From positions 1 through 33,258 of the IMG/VR virus record IMGVR_UViG_3300037048_000222: a stretch of 33,258 nucleotides of DNA; one strand, written 5' to 3'. The notes under the pieces were generated by a model. That model made no database searches and was not told the DNA's origin. It saw only the letters and a program-made list of their open reading frames with translations. The stretch comes from a virus. Taxonomy: Duplodnaviria; Caudoviricetes. Both the position numbers and the translations under genes were made by a program. This document shows positions 1 to 8,242 of the stretch, piece after piece. Each line of letters begins with the position of its first letter. The first letter of the stretch is position 1.

Positions 1-256
1 TTTCTGGCCGGCTGCCGGCAATAGAGAGCGTATTCTGATCGATACTGATCGTAAAATCCCCGTCACTCATTCCAGCAATTTCAACTCTGACGATAATTTT
101 ATCTTCAACTTCATAGAGATCTGTTGGCGGGCGCCATACTCGAGGCCGTCCACTTGCCCGCCAGCTTACAATGCCGGAAACCAGGAAAGGATTGTCCTGG
201 TTGTTTGGATGTCGATTCGGATTTGGATACACTTTTACAGATATCATAAGGTTCAC
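1..256 (-). CDS. Hsp20/alpha-crystallin family small heat-shock protein, partial (runs off left edge)
   Basis: Not in the ORF track; translated by hand. AAGGAG RBS at 261-266, then GTG at 256 (alternative ATG 247). Reads ...WRPPTDLYEVEDKIIVRVEIAGMSDGDFTISIDQNTLSIAGSRPE, matching the start of an alpha-crystallin domain. Probably a host gene. Confidence 0.85.
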   Translation of the reverse strand, partial: MNLMISVKVYPNPNRHPNNQDNPFLVSGIVSWRASGRPRVWRPPTDLYEVEDKIIVRVEIAGMSDGDFTISIDQNTLSIAGSRPE

Positions 257-431
257 CTATCTCCTTGCCTGGCATTAAAAACAAACATGCTGCCAATCAT
301 TGCAAAGCGAATCATATGCTGGCGGGCAGCATGTTTTGTTACACCTTCTCGGGGTCTCGCCCGAGTTTTGCTATAAAATGCTTTATGAATTGCTCGGTCA
401 CCTTCAATCATTGCATCCCCAAGACATCGAG

Positions 432-504
432 TACCCCTGGTGAGATTCGAACTCACAACCATCGGATTAGAAGTCCGGTGCTCTGTCCATTGAGCTACAG
501 GGGC
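432..504 (-). tRNA. tRNA-Arg (anticodon TCT)
   Basis: Cloverleaf on the reverse strand: acceptor GCCCCTG/CAGGGGT plus discriminator A, D arm GCTC-AATGGACA-GAGC, anticodon arm CCGGA-CTTCTAA-TCCGA, T arm GTGAG-TTCGAAT-CTCAC. CCA is not encoded. Confidence 0.95.
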
Positions 505-560
505 ACGAAACCACCATACCTGGGGGTGTTGACCCCCGTATCACCGCCACATGTACGTAA

Positions 561-697
561 GCCGTCGGACATGAAAAGATTAAGTCCGGTGGCCTACATT
601 TTGTGACTTGTTCTTTTAACATTTACACGTCCGGTGGCTTTAGCTATACAACACGCTTTGTTAACATTCAGAGTGCTAGATCTCACGACCGTCGGAC
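561..697. repeat. Four copies of a 10-bp motif RCCRYCGGAC in mixed orientation; candidate integrase arm-type or other protein-binding sites
   Basis: GCCGTCGGAC 561-570 (+), GCCACCGGAC 584-593 (-), GCCACCGGAC 629-638 (-), ACCGTCGGAC 688-697 (+). Confidence 0.6.
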
Positions 698-707
698 AAT
701 TGTTTAT

Positions 708-716
708 ATTATAGCA
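708..716 (-). promoter_or_regulatory. Extended -10 promoter element (TGCTATAAT) facing the tRNA
   Basis: Exact TGnTATAAT on the minus strand about 200 nt upstream of the tRNA 5' end; no good -35. Confidence 0.5.
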
Positions 717-941
717 CAGGCATTCGCGAGGGAAAGATTTTTCCGGCGCCGAAAACTAGAAGTCAGGTTCCAGTTGATTGTGTCTGACCACGTTCAAATT
801 AACTCTATCCTGTCATTTAATACAACAAAGGTTTTTCTGTTGAATCAAAACTGTTGAATAGGTTACGAAGCTGTATAGTCTAATGACGCATCGTTATTGT
901 ATAATCGATATACACCTTTTTTTACAATGTAGGGGAGATAC

Positions 942-1367
942 ATGATGAAGCGCTTGCTAATCGCCTTTGTACTCATGCTACTGTTTCTTGGCGGCTGCAG
1001 CGAAGAGGAGATGTCAGAAAGATGTCAGCCGGCCAGTGAAAAGCAAATAGACAACATCAGGTCGGCGATTCAGGATGACACTCCAGGAAATAGTGTAACT
1101 AATCTCTACGCCGTCAAATCTCAAGACTTTGAAAGAGTTTATATGGTCGGCGGAAACATTACGGGGGATGGAATAGAGCCCGGTCAAGCTATCGGTGTAT
1201 GGGCTGTGAGCGGCGCCCCCGAGAACCCTGGAGTTTTTTATTCAGTCAATCATATGGCCCTAAATTTCTCTGATATGGGGCTCGGATCAAAAACAAAGTT
1301 TGGCATCTCTATGAGCGATGACGGCGCTGAAGAAGTCAAAGAATGCGTTCGCATTAGCTTGAAGTAA
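942..1367 (+). CDS. Putative lipoprotein of unknown function
   Basis: GGGGAG RBS, basic N-terminus, hydrophobic stretch and lipobox LGGC; 141 aa. Confidence 0.8.
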   Translation: MMKRLLIAFVLMLLFLGGCSEEEMSERCQPASEKQIDNIRSAIQDDTPGNSVTNLYAVKSQDFERVYMVGGNITGDGIEPGQAIGVWAVSGAPENPGVFYSVNHMALNFSDMGLGSKTKFGISMSDDGAEEVKECVRISLK

Positions 1368-1394
1368 AAACACTTGAAGGAGTACAGGCATTCA

Positions 1395-2066
1395 ATGGAA
1401 ATCCTTTATATCCTGCTTGGGGCAATCCTGTCTATCGTAACTACAATTTTCATCGAGGAGAAAAGAAAGCCCTCTCTTTCCTTGGAAATCCAGGCTAATG
1501 AAGAAATAGCCAACTACCCAGAGAATACTCGTCCAGCAAAAAAGGCTAAATTCTTATATATAGATGTTCGTAATCAAGAACTCCCATGGGCTCTCAAGTG
1601 GTTAACGAGAAATGCCGCTTTTCAGTGTCATGGAACCGTGACCTTTCATCATTTAGATGGGACGCGAGTATTTACAAATTCGATGCCAATAAGATGGACT
1701 TCGCTGCCAAATCCAGAAGGCCAAGCGTCAATTATTGATAATAAAGTGGCCGTGCTTTACGATATCAATAAAATAAATCACGACTCCAGAATTGATATAT
1801 ATCCAGGTTTTAAAGAAAGCATCAATATAGCTGCCCGATTTGATGATGATGAGGAATGCTACGGATGGACCAACAAGAACTTTTTTTCGGCCCCGATGTG
1901 GAGAAATCCGGATTGGAAATTGCCGAACGGGCGGTTTTTAGTAAAAGTGGTTATAAGTTCATCAGTTGTCAAATGCGAGGGGATTTTCAGGCTAGTGAAT
2001 GATGTGGGAATGAAGGATTTTCGCCTTGAAAAAGCACTGGAAGAGGATAAGATTTACCATTCCTGA
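1395..2066 (+). CDS. Hypothetical protein with N-terminal membrane anchor
   Basis: Long AT-rich ORF. AAGGAG at 1377-1382 favours ATG 1395. N-terminal TM segment ILYILLGAILSIVTTIFI, then a beta-rich soluble domain. Confidence 0.7.
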   Translation: MEILYILLGAILSIVTTIFIEEKRKPSLSLEIQANEEIANYPENTRPAKKAKFLYIDVRNQELPWALKWLTRNAAFQCHGTVTFHHLDGTRVFTNSMPIRWTSLPNPEGQASIIDNKVAVLYDINKINHDSRIDIYPGFKESINIAARFDDDEECYGWTNKNFFSAPMWRNPDWKLPNGRFLVKVVISSSVVKCEGIFRLVNDVGMKDFRLEKALEEDKIYHS

Positions 2067-2205
2067 AGCCTCTTGTTGAACATTAATCAGAACTGTAATC
2101 GGTCATTATCCGTTTGTTTCCTAATTCTCTTTAACTAATCTCTCATCCAAAAAAACGCCTCCAGGATTGTAAAAACTCAAGAAGGTCGACACGGAAAAAA
2201 GAAAA

Positions 2206-2733
2206 ATGTCAAATATTAAAAATGGCGGGGAGATGAAGTTTTCTGCGTTTCTCCAACAAATCCAGAGTTGTGCTAACCAAAAATTATATTATGTAGCAAT
2301 TATGACTTCTCTTGCAGTACCAGATATAGGCGGAGCAATCGACTCAAACGATGGAAAGGCTAATAAGAAAAAGTACATAAACTGGTTTGATGGTTACGCT
2401 GCTCCGAAATTTATACCAAGTGGGCGAAACTTGACCGGGGAAGAGTGTTATTACCTTCGGTGTTCAATGGTTCACCAGGGCAGGGTTCAACCTACAAAGT
2501 TGAAAAGGTATTCCGATATTATCCTTTGCGAATTTCCTCAATCAGACGCACCTATTAATCCCTTATTCCTGACTACCAAAAATGTTCTTCTTATCGAACC
2601 TAAAACCTTCATTAACAACATAGTGAATGCTGCTTATGATTGGTTAGAAGAAAAGTATGACGATGAACATTTCAAAGTAAATACGGAAAAATTGCTAACT
2701 ATATTTTCTCTATCATTTCCGGATGTACCTTGA
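2206..2733 (+). CDS. HEPN-like domain protein (putative RNase or anti-phage moron)
   Basis: Predicted helical protein with an N-terminal YYVAIMTSLAVPDIGG helix, a Y..WF motif and an Rx4H motif (RCSMVH, 2458-2475). Alternative start ATG 2233. Confidence 0.65.
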   Translation: MSNIKNGGEMKFSAFLQQIQSCANQKLYYVAIMTSLAVPDIGGAIDSNDGKANKKKYINWFDGYAAPKFIPSGRNLTGEECYYLRCSMVHQGRVQPTKLKRYSDIILCEFPQSDAPINPLFLTTKNVLLIEPKTFINNIVNAAYDWLEEKYDDEHFKVNTEKLLTIFSLSFPDVP

Positions 2734-2978
2734 GAAATATATACAAACATCTACTGCCGCTTTAATGGGCTCCGTCAAAGGCATGCGTGTACTGCTGTTG
2801 CATTAGCTAGATTTCGGTTATGCCATCAGGAAAGTACACGGACTTGCCTGACTTCTCAGTATTCACGCTTATATGCCCACAATTCTTTTATTACGCAATG
2901 TATCCCTAGCATGGTTGGCAATAATAAATCTCTGCAAGTGAAAATTATTGAGATTGACACTGTTTCCGACACCGGAAA

Positions 2979-3371
2979 CTACTTCAGCATCACAAATAAC
3001 AAACCCCCTATTTCTGCCAGCACGATCCCAATCACCAGCCGGGTCAACCACTTACGCTCGTCTTTCATTTCAGCTGTCCATTTCTTCAAACTGTGAATAT
3101 CGCCAATTAACCCCGGCTCATCTGCCCGACCACGTAAGGCGAGGGTCAGGTCAGCCATCGCTTCAGCTGCTTTTGTTACCTTGGCAGTAATGCCAATATC
3201 GCCGTTTGTGCCGCGTAAGGCTCGATCATGGATGCCTACCATCTCGATTAATGGTTCCATCCGGGTCTTGATTGTGGATACATCGACCGCGATCTGCGAG
3301 ACTTCTTCTCCGATCTTATCCACGGCTCCTTCGAGCCGTTCAATGCGGTCTTTCTGCGAGCATGGTTCCAT
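2979..3371 (-). CDS. Coiled-coil protein with C-terminal TM helix (XhlA/holin-like architecture)
   Basis: Heptad-like N-terminus, internal ALRG..G repeat and C-terminal LVIGIVLAEIGGLLFVML; last gene of the tail operon. Confidence 0.6.
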   Translation of the reverse strand: MEPCSQKDRIERLEGAVDKIGEEVSQIAVDVSTIKTRMEPLIEMVGIHDRALRGTNGDIGITAKVTKAAEAMADLTLALRGRADEPGLIGDIHSLKKWTAEMKDERKWLTRLVIGIVLAEIGGLLFVMLK

Positions 3372-3372
3372 C

Positions 3373-4053
3373 TCAATCTCCTGTTCTTCTCACGGTGATG
3401 AACGGCGCATATTCCGATAAAGCGATATTGAGCCCCGATCCGGTGGTCTGATACATCTCGCACTTCAATACGTCTCCGGCCTTCATCCGGCGCGTGGCGA
3501 ACAGTGCGGTTCGCCAAGTGCCCGAAGATGTAGGGGCCATCCGGTGTGATGTGAAACCAGTTCCGTTGTGGTTGAAGCGAGCCATGCGAATGCCGGCGAT
3601 GTTAGCAACGAACTCTACGCACGCCTCGATGGTGTAGAGACCACTTATCCGGATGTTAATATTTGCCACATCGGCCATCCCATGCGTATCGGTAATAACC
3701 GTGTTCCAGTTGATCGCGGTAACGGTGTCGGTCGGGCACGCCTGGCCGCTGGGCCTGGTCGCGTGAAACTCTACAACCAGCGGCGAGGCGTAGCCCTGGG
3801 TTTGCTCTACGATGCTTTGCGTCATCGTCTTGTAGGCTATCACCACCGGCCTGCCTTCCCTCCATATTATGTCCACCACATCGCCACTTTGAAGCAGGGC
3901 AGGTGTGCCAAGTACCTCCACGTTTCGAATAAGCGTAGGCATATCCCCGAATTGGAGGTTGACGCGATCACCGTCTACGGAATTGACTACGGCGCGCGTG
4001 GTCTCTCTCAGGGATTCCTTTACGGCATTGGTGAGGCGTCCCTGCTTTTTCAC
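3373..4053 (-). CDS. Minor tail or receptor-binding protein with C-terminal C1q/TNF-like beta-sandwich
   Basis: GTG start overlaps the upstream TGA (GTGA). N-terminal OB-fold-like segment (LQSGDVVDI). C-terminal pattern ISGLYTIEACVEF...MKAGDVLKCEMYQ. Confidence 0.6.
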   Translation of the reverse strand: MKKQGRLTNAVKESLRETTRAVVNSVDGDRVNLQFGDMPTLIRNVEVLGTPALLQSGDVVDIIWREGRPVVIAYKTMTQSIVEQTQGYASPLVVEFHATRPSGQACPTDTVTAINWNTVITDTHGMADVANINIRISGLYTIEACVEFVANIAGIRMARFNHNGTGFTSHRMAPTSSGTWRTALFATRRMKAGDVLKCEMYQTTGSGLNIALSEYAPFITVRRTGD

Positions 4054-7000
4054 AGAATGCCTCCTATCCCTATGAGGGTCATGTCGCACTGTACGGCGTC
4101 CTGGTTCACGACCATATCAAAGTTGATACTGTCAACGATCAACGGCGTCACGCCCTCAGGCAGCCCGGTAGGGAAATTGGGGTCTCCCCGGTCTGGCAGT
4201 TCCACATAGATAATATCCTGAGGTTCAATGCGCCAATCCGCCGCGCCGGTGAGTTCCCGCCGGCTGTACTCATTGGCGGCATCCTCCAGCATGATGCCAG
4301 TGAAGTAGCCCACATCTTCCCAGTTGTTGATCTCCGGGATATGCGCCATCGTGAACACGTTGCCATGCTTCCATATGGCGCTTGAAATGGTTTCATACAC
4401 CTCGCCGCCCTCAATGCGGATACGAGTGGCGATGGGAATGTCTGTCTCCACTTTGCCCGTTGAGACCGCCAGACGGTAGGGCGCAGCGAGATTTACTTCG
4501 GTGCGGCTGCGGAACAGGCGAATACTGCCATCGATGGTTTCGGTGAAGAAGATCTTTCGCCTTCCAGCCAGGTCATTCAGCAGGGCGGTTCCCTTCTTGC
4601 CGTTGTCCATGATGAAGTTGTCGATGCGCTGGCAGGCATAGGGAATATGAAAGCTGATATCCTGGCCGGTTGTGTTGGAGATGTACAGGTAGTTATCGAA
4701 AACCGTCGTGCGCCTGTCATCGTCGGTTAGCTGGAAACTATGTATCAGCCGGTCGCAGTTCCAGAAAGAAACCGTATTGTCGTAAAAGGACACCCGCACT
4801 TTACCATTTAAAGGTTCGCTCAATGGAAAGCTCTCGCGAAGAATGTAATAAGGGGTCACATTGTGCCGCTTTAGATACTCGATCCGGTCGGCGTAGACAT
4901 CGAAATAGGGCGTGTACTGGTCGGTCAATGTCTGGGCGGTCAGCCACGGGCTGAAGCGAATGGTACCCGTGGAGTGGTTTCCGATATCGTAAACACCGAT
5001 CAGCTCGCCGCGCTGGACATAAAAGCCGGTGGCGTGAGGCAAAGGCGCCGCCCTCATCTCGTCCGTCACCACCTTCACGCCAGCTTTTCCGGCGATCTCA
5101 GTTGCAACGTCTGCCAGCGTCATATCAATGTCGGTCGAGTAGAACTCCACTTTGTGAATGAGCAGGGCAGGCCTGGGCGAATAGACCGAGACAATCCCCG
5201 CCGTCTGTGCGGTGGCAGTCGTGCCGTAAGCTCCCCGCACGGTGGGCGTGAGCGTTGTGCGCCCGACGAAACCGGCAGTGGTATAAGGATATGCCAGGTC
5301 ATACCACTGGCTGAAGTCCGCCGACAGCCGCATGAGCGTCTCGTATGTTCCGGTGACTGTGCGAATGGATGCTGCCTGGGTGGTAATATCATAAACGGTG
5401 TCTCGGATCTTAACCTTCGAAAAAGTCCCGTTCAAGGCATGGCTGCTGCGCAGCCGGATATGCGGGTTGCTCAGGATGGCATCGGATGAACTGGCGAGTT
5501 TGGTGTAGGTTGTTTTGTAGGCCAGCAGGTTGGCCTCGTGCAGATCCACTTTATAATGGTTCGTCGTGGAGGCTGACCCCAGGTTGGAGATATACAGGGT
5601 GGAGCTGTTTAGAAGCACGACCGGCGTTGGGAAACGCACGGTGACCCATCTGGATTTCTCGCTGAATTCGTCAGGCAGGATATCGACACTTTGAACGGAA
5701 ACGCCACTGCCATTCTTGACCCCGATCCGGATACTGCCCGCCGGGCTGCCGACCTTTTTGACCGAGAACGACAGCGTTTCGACCACAAAGTAGCCACTGA
5801 CGCCGAAGGTTCTTGAACCGGTTTGCCATTCGGGGTATTTACCCATATCGAAGTACGTGCCCCCAGACTTGTTCTCGCTGGATAAATCGCCAGTCAGCTT
5901 GAAGGTCGCTCCGCCGTATTCGACCCCTCCCAGCACGCCACCATGCTTGATCAGCTCGCTGTTCACCTCCAGGGTTTCAGATACCGGAAACACAGACGGG
6001 TCCGCCGCGATGATGCCGCCGTCGGATGTAAAGCCCGGCGTGTAGCTCCATTGTGAATAGTTCTCGCAAAAGATAGCCGCCCGGCCCACCCCGTCCGCTC
6101 GCCACGGGTAGGTCGAGTAGGTGGGGACAACGTCCATCACGGTCGTCCAACTGGTGGCTGTATCCAGCCGGTACCGCACTGTCACCCGCCCGGCTCGAAA
6201 CAAAGCCTGGACCCAGTATTTGGAACCCGCTGCTAAGCTAACATTGGCAGAGATCGGCGTCCCATTATCCGCTAAGGTTGTAAATACATCGTTGACCACC
6301 TGCTGAATGGTGAATACTCCGTTATCATACATCACGAATAAACCGTTGCTAAACGCCTCGCCCTCTTTCAGATCGGAGAGGCTCTTCTCGAGCCGGGCGG
6401 CCGCATCATACTTGCCCTCGAAATGGTAGTACATCCCCAACCCAAAACGGAATGAAGTCCCAGCAAATGGCGTGATCGAAGCCCGCACAATGCCGCTGGT
6501 GCAGGATTTTGCAGCCAGGTATAAAAACCCTGGCTTGTTCATCCTGTCCAGGTAGAGGGCATTGTCCTGCTCTTTCCAGTTTCCGCTCACTCGAATGACT
6601 TTCGTGAGGTCGGCGGCGTTGGCGGAGAGCTTGGTCTGCGACCAGAAATCATACGGCGTATCGCTTTCCCACTGGTCAAGCTTCTTGATGCCGTGCGAGC
6701 GCGCCACGATCGAAACCTTTTGCCCGGCTGCGTCCCTTGGCCTGGCAACCACATCGACATTGAAGGTGCCAACCTTTTGAAACACCCCGCCGATGTTCAC
6801 TTCCAGCTCGCACAGCGCCCCCGGCACTATTGGGTTTGGGTAATTCCAGTTGGTGGTAACCGTATCGCTGGTCCTTATTTCTGCCTGAAGCACCGCCGCC
6901 TGGTTAGCGGTCATGGCAACCCGCACGGAAAGCGGCCCCACGATTCGCTCACGGGTTGGAATAGATACCCCGAACATATTCGCATACGCGCCTGTGGAGT

Positions 7001-7862
7001 AGTACTGCCTGGACCTGTAATAGAGGGCGGTGTAGTTCAGATACACCTTGCCTGGCCAGTTCCTGCTGATGTAAGGATAAGTCGTGGTGGTTGGCGTTGC
7101 ACCGATGACCATTTCGCGGCCCATCGCCACCTTCTCAGGTCCAATAAACATGACATGCAGCTTTTTGTCGAGGTTCTTACGCTTCAATAGGCCGGTGATG
7201 TAAACCTGTCCGTTGATCTCGCTTGCCCCGCCGAGTTCGAAAGATGTAAGGTCGTCCACAACATCCATGGGGATCAGCAGCCTCGGCTCGCTGAAGCGCC
7301 CGTTCTCATGCTTGACATAATAGGTGCGCTTGCCGATCCAGTCATATATGTAGATGTACCCAACCCCATTGACCTTTACCGCGTCGGATTGCCACGAATT
7401 GTAGACGCGATCCATGGCGCTTTGCGTTTGGAGGGTCTCGGTATTGGCGTAGGTGACTATTCCGCCTGAGGTAGAATAGGTTTCCGTCATGCTGACCGGA
7501 ATTCCGGCCCCCGTGTAAGAGGAGACGACCGGCGCTTCGAAAGTACTGCCGTCCCACCTGGCCCTGGTCCAGTACCCGTCCGGATTGGTATAAAACACGT
7601 AGCCGTCGTACATGCCCCATACCGGAACGCCGCTCTTAACCGGGTGAGAAGCATAGGTAACCCAGCTCGTCCCAACACGGCGCGCCAGGCTGCCCCACTC
7701 GTTCTTCACCATGATAAAAGCGCCGTTGCCCCCTGTTCCCGCCGTATCATAATCCACCTCGGACGCGGTCAGCGTTCCCTTCCAGTTTGGCCGGTAGTTG
7801 GTAAATTTCAGCCGCGCTTGCGTCAGGCGGATCAAATCTCCGTTAAATGCCAGGTCTCTCAT
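4050..7862 (-). CDS. Large tail-tip/baseplate hub-type protein (1270 aa)
   Basis: ATG at 7862 overlaps the upstream stop (ATGA). Rich in Thr/Tyr/Gly and beta-strand patterns. Position two genes after the tape measure. Hub-like segments GTFNVD and DWRIEPQDIIYV. Confidence 0.75.
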   Translation of the reverse strand: MRDLAFNGDLIRLTQARLKFTNYRPNWKGTLTASEVDYDTAGTGGNGAFIMVKNEWGSLARRVGTSWVTYASHPVKSGVPVWGMYDGYVFYTNPDGYWTRARWDGSTFEAPVVSSYTGAGIPVSMTETYSTSGGIVTYANTETLQTQSAMDRVYNSWQSDAVKVNGVGYIYIYDWIGKRTYYVKHENGRFSEPRLLIPMDVVDDLTSFELGGASEINGQVYITGLLKRKNLDKKLHVMFIGPEKVAMGREMVIGATPTTTTYPYISRNWPGKVYLNYTALYYRSRQYYSTGAYANMFGVSIPTRERIVGPLSVRVAMTANQAAVLQAEIRTSDTVTTNWNYPNPIVPGALCELEVNIGGVFQKVGTFNVDVVARPRDAAGQKVSIVARSHGIKKLDQWESDTPYDFWSQTKLSANAADLTKVIRVSGNWKEQDNALYLDRMNKPGFLYLAAKSCTSGIVRASITPFAGTSFRFGLGMYYHFEGKYDAAARLEKSLSDLKEGEAFSNGLFVMYDNGVFTIQQVVNDVFTTLADNGTPISANVSLAAGSKYWVQALFRAGRVTVRYRLDTATSWTTVMDVVPTYSTYPWRADGVGRAAIFCENYSQWSYTPGFTSDGGIIAADPSVFPVSETLEVNSELIKHGGVLGGVEYGGATFKLTGDLSSENKSGGTYFDMGKYPEWQTGSRTFGVSGYFVVETLSFSVKKVGSPAGSIRIGVKNGSGVSVQSVDILPDEFSEKSRWVTVRFPTPVVLLNSSTLYISNLGSASTTNHYKVDLHEANLLAYKTTYTKLASSSDAILSNPHIRLRSSHALNGTFSKVKIRDTVYDITTQAASIRTVTGTYETLMRLSADFSQWYDLAYPYTTAGFVGRTTLTPTVRGAYGTTATAQTAGIVSVYSPRPALLIHKVEFYSTDIDMTLADVATEIAGKAGVKVVTDEMRAAPLPHATGFYVQRGELIGVYDIGNHSTGTIRFSPWLTAQTLTDQYTPYFDVYADRIEYLKRHNVTPYYILRESFPLSEPLNGKVRVSFYDNTVSFWNCDRLIHSFQLTDDDRRTTVFDNYLYISNTTGQDISFHIPYACQRIDNFIMDNGKKGTALLNDLAGRRKIFFTETIDGSIRLFRSRTEVNLAAPYRLAVSTGKVETDIPIATRIRIEGGEVYETISSAIWKHGNVFTMAHIPEINNWEDVGYFTGIMLEDAANEYSRRELTGAADWRIEPQDIIYVELPDRGDPNFPTGLPEGVTPLIVDSINFDMVVNQDAVQCDMTLIGIGGIL

Positions 7863-8242
7863 GCGGCCTCCACATGCTTCGTCAATAGGAGCGGGACGTA
7901 AAAGGCATTGGATGCCGCATCCCACATGTTTGTCAGCGAGCGCATCCCGCCCGGCCCGCTGAGGTGCACGCTGCACGCGGTTCCATAGTGGTCGACAAAG
8001 GGTATAACGCCCATCGTCTCAATGGCAGCCATCAGGTCGCTGATCGTGCCCCACTCCGCAGACGGGACTTCCACCAGCGCCTTGACCTCTCCCGACCAGC
8101 CGTGCACAATATTCGGCCCATAGGTGGCGTCCGTTTCACCCAGCAGGGTCTGCCGGACCACCATCGGCTTGACGAAGGTCTGCGTCCAGGTCTTTGCCAG
8201 TGTCACGTACTGCTTGCCGTTCAAGACGACATATTTATTCAT
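7859..8242 (-). CDS. Putative distal-tail (Dit-position) protein
   Basis: 127 aa, translationally coupled between the tape measure and hub genes; call rests on synteny. Confidence 0.55.
   Translation of the reverse strand: MNKYVVLNGKQYVTLAKTWTQTFVKPMVVRQTLLGETDATYGPNIVHGWSGEVKALVEVPSAEWGTISDLMAAIETMGVIPFVDHYGTACSVHLSGPGGMRSLTNMWDAASNAFYVPLLLTKHVEAA

Noticed and set aside
279-340. Inverted repeat AACAAACATGCTGCC...GGCAGCATGTTTTGTT between the tRNA and hsp20
   Set aside because: The repeat is real but has a ~30-nt loop and does not match CIRCE. It could be a terminator or heat-shock element, but no function can be supported.
515-541. GGGGG-TCAACA-CCCCC hairpin resembling a tRNA T arm
   Set aside because: Six-nt loop without TTC, and no accompanying cloverleaf.
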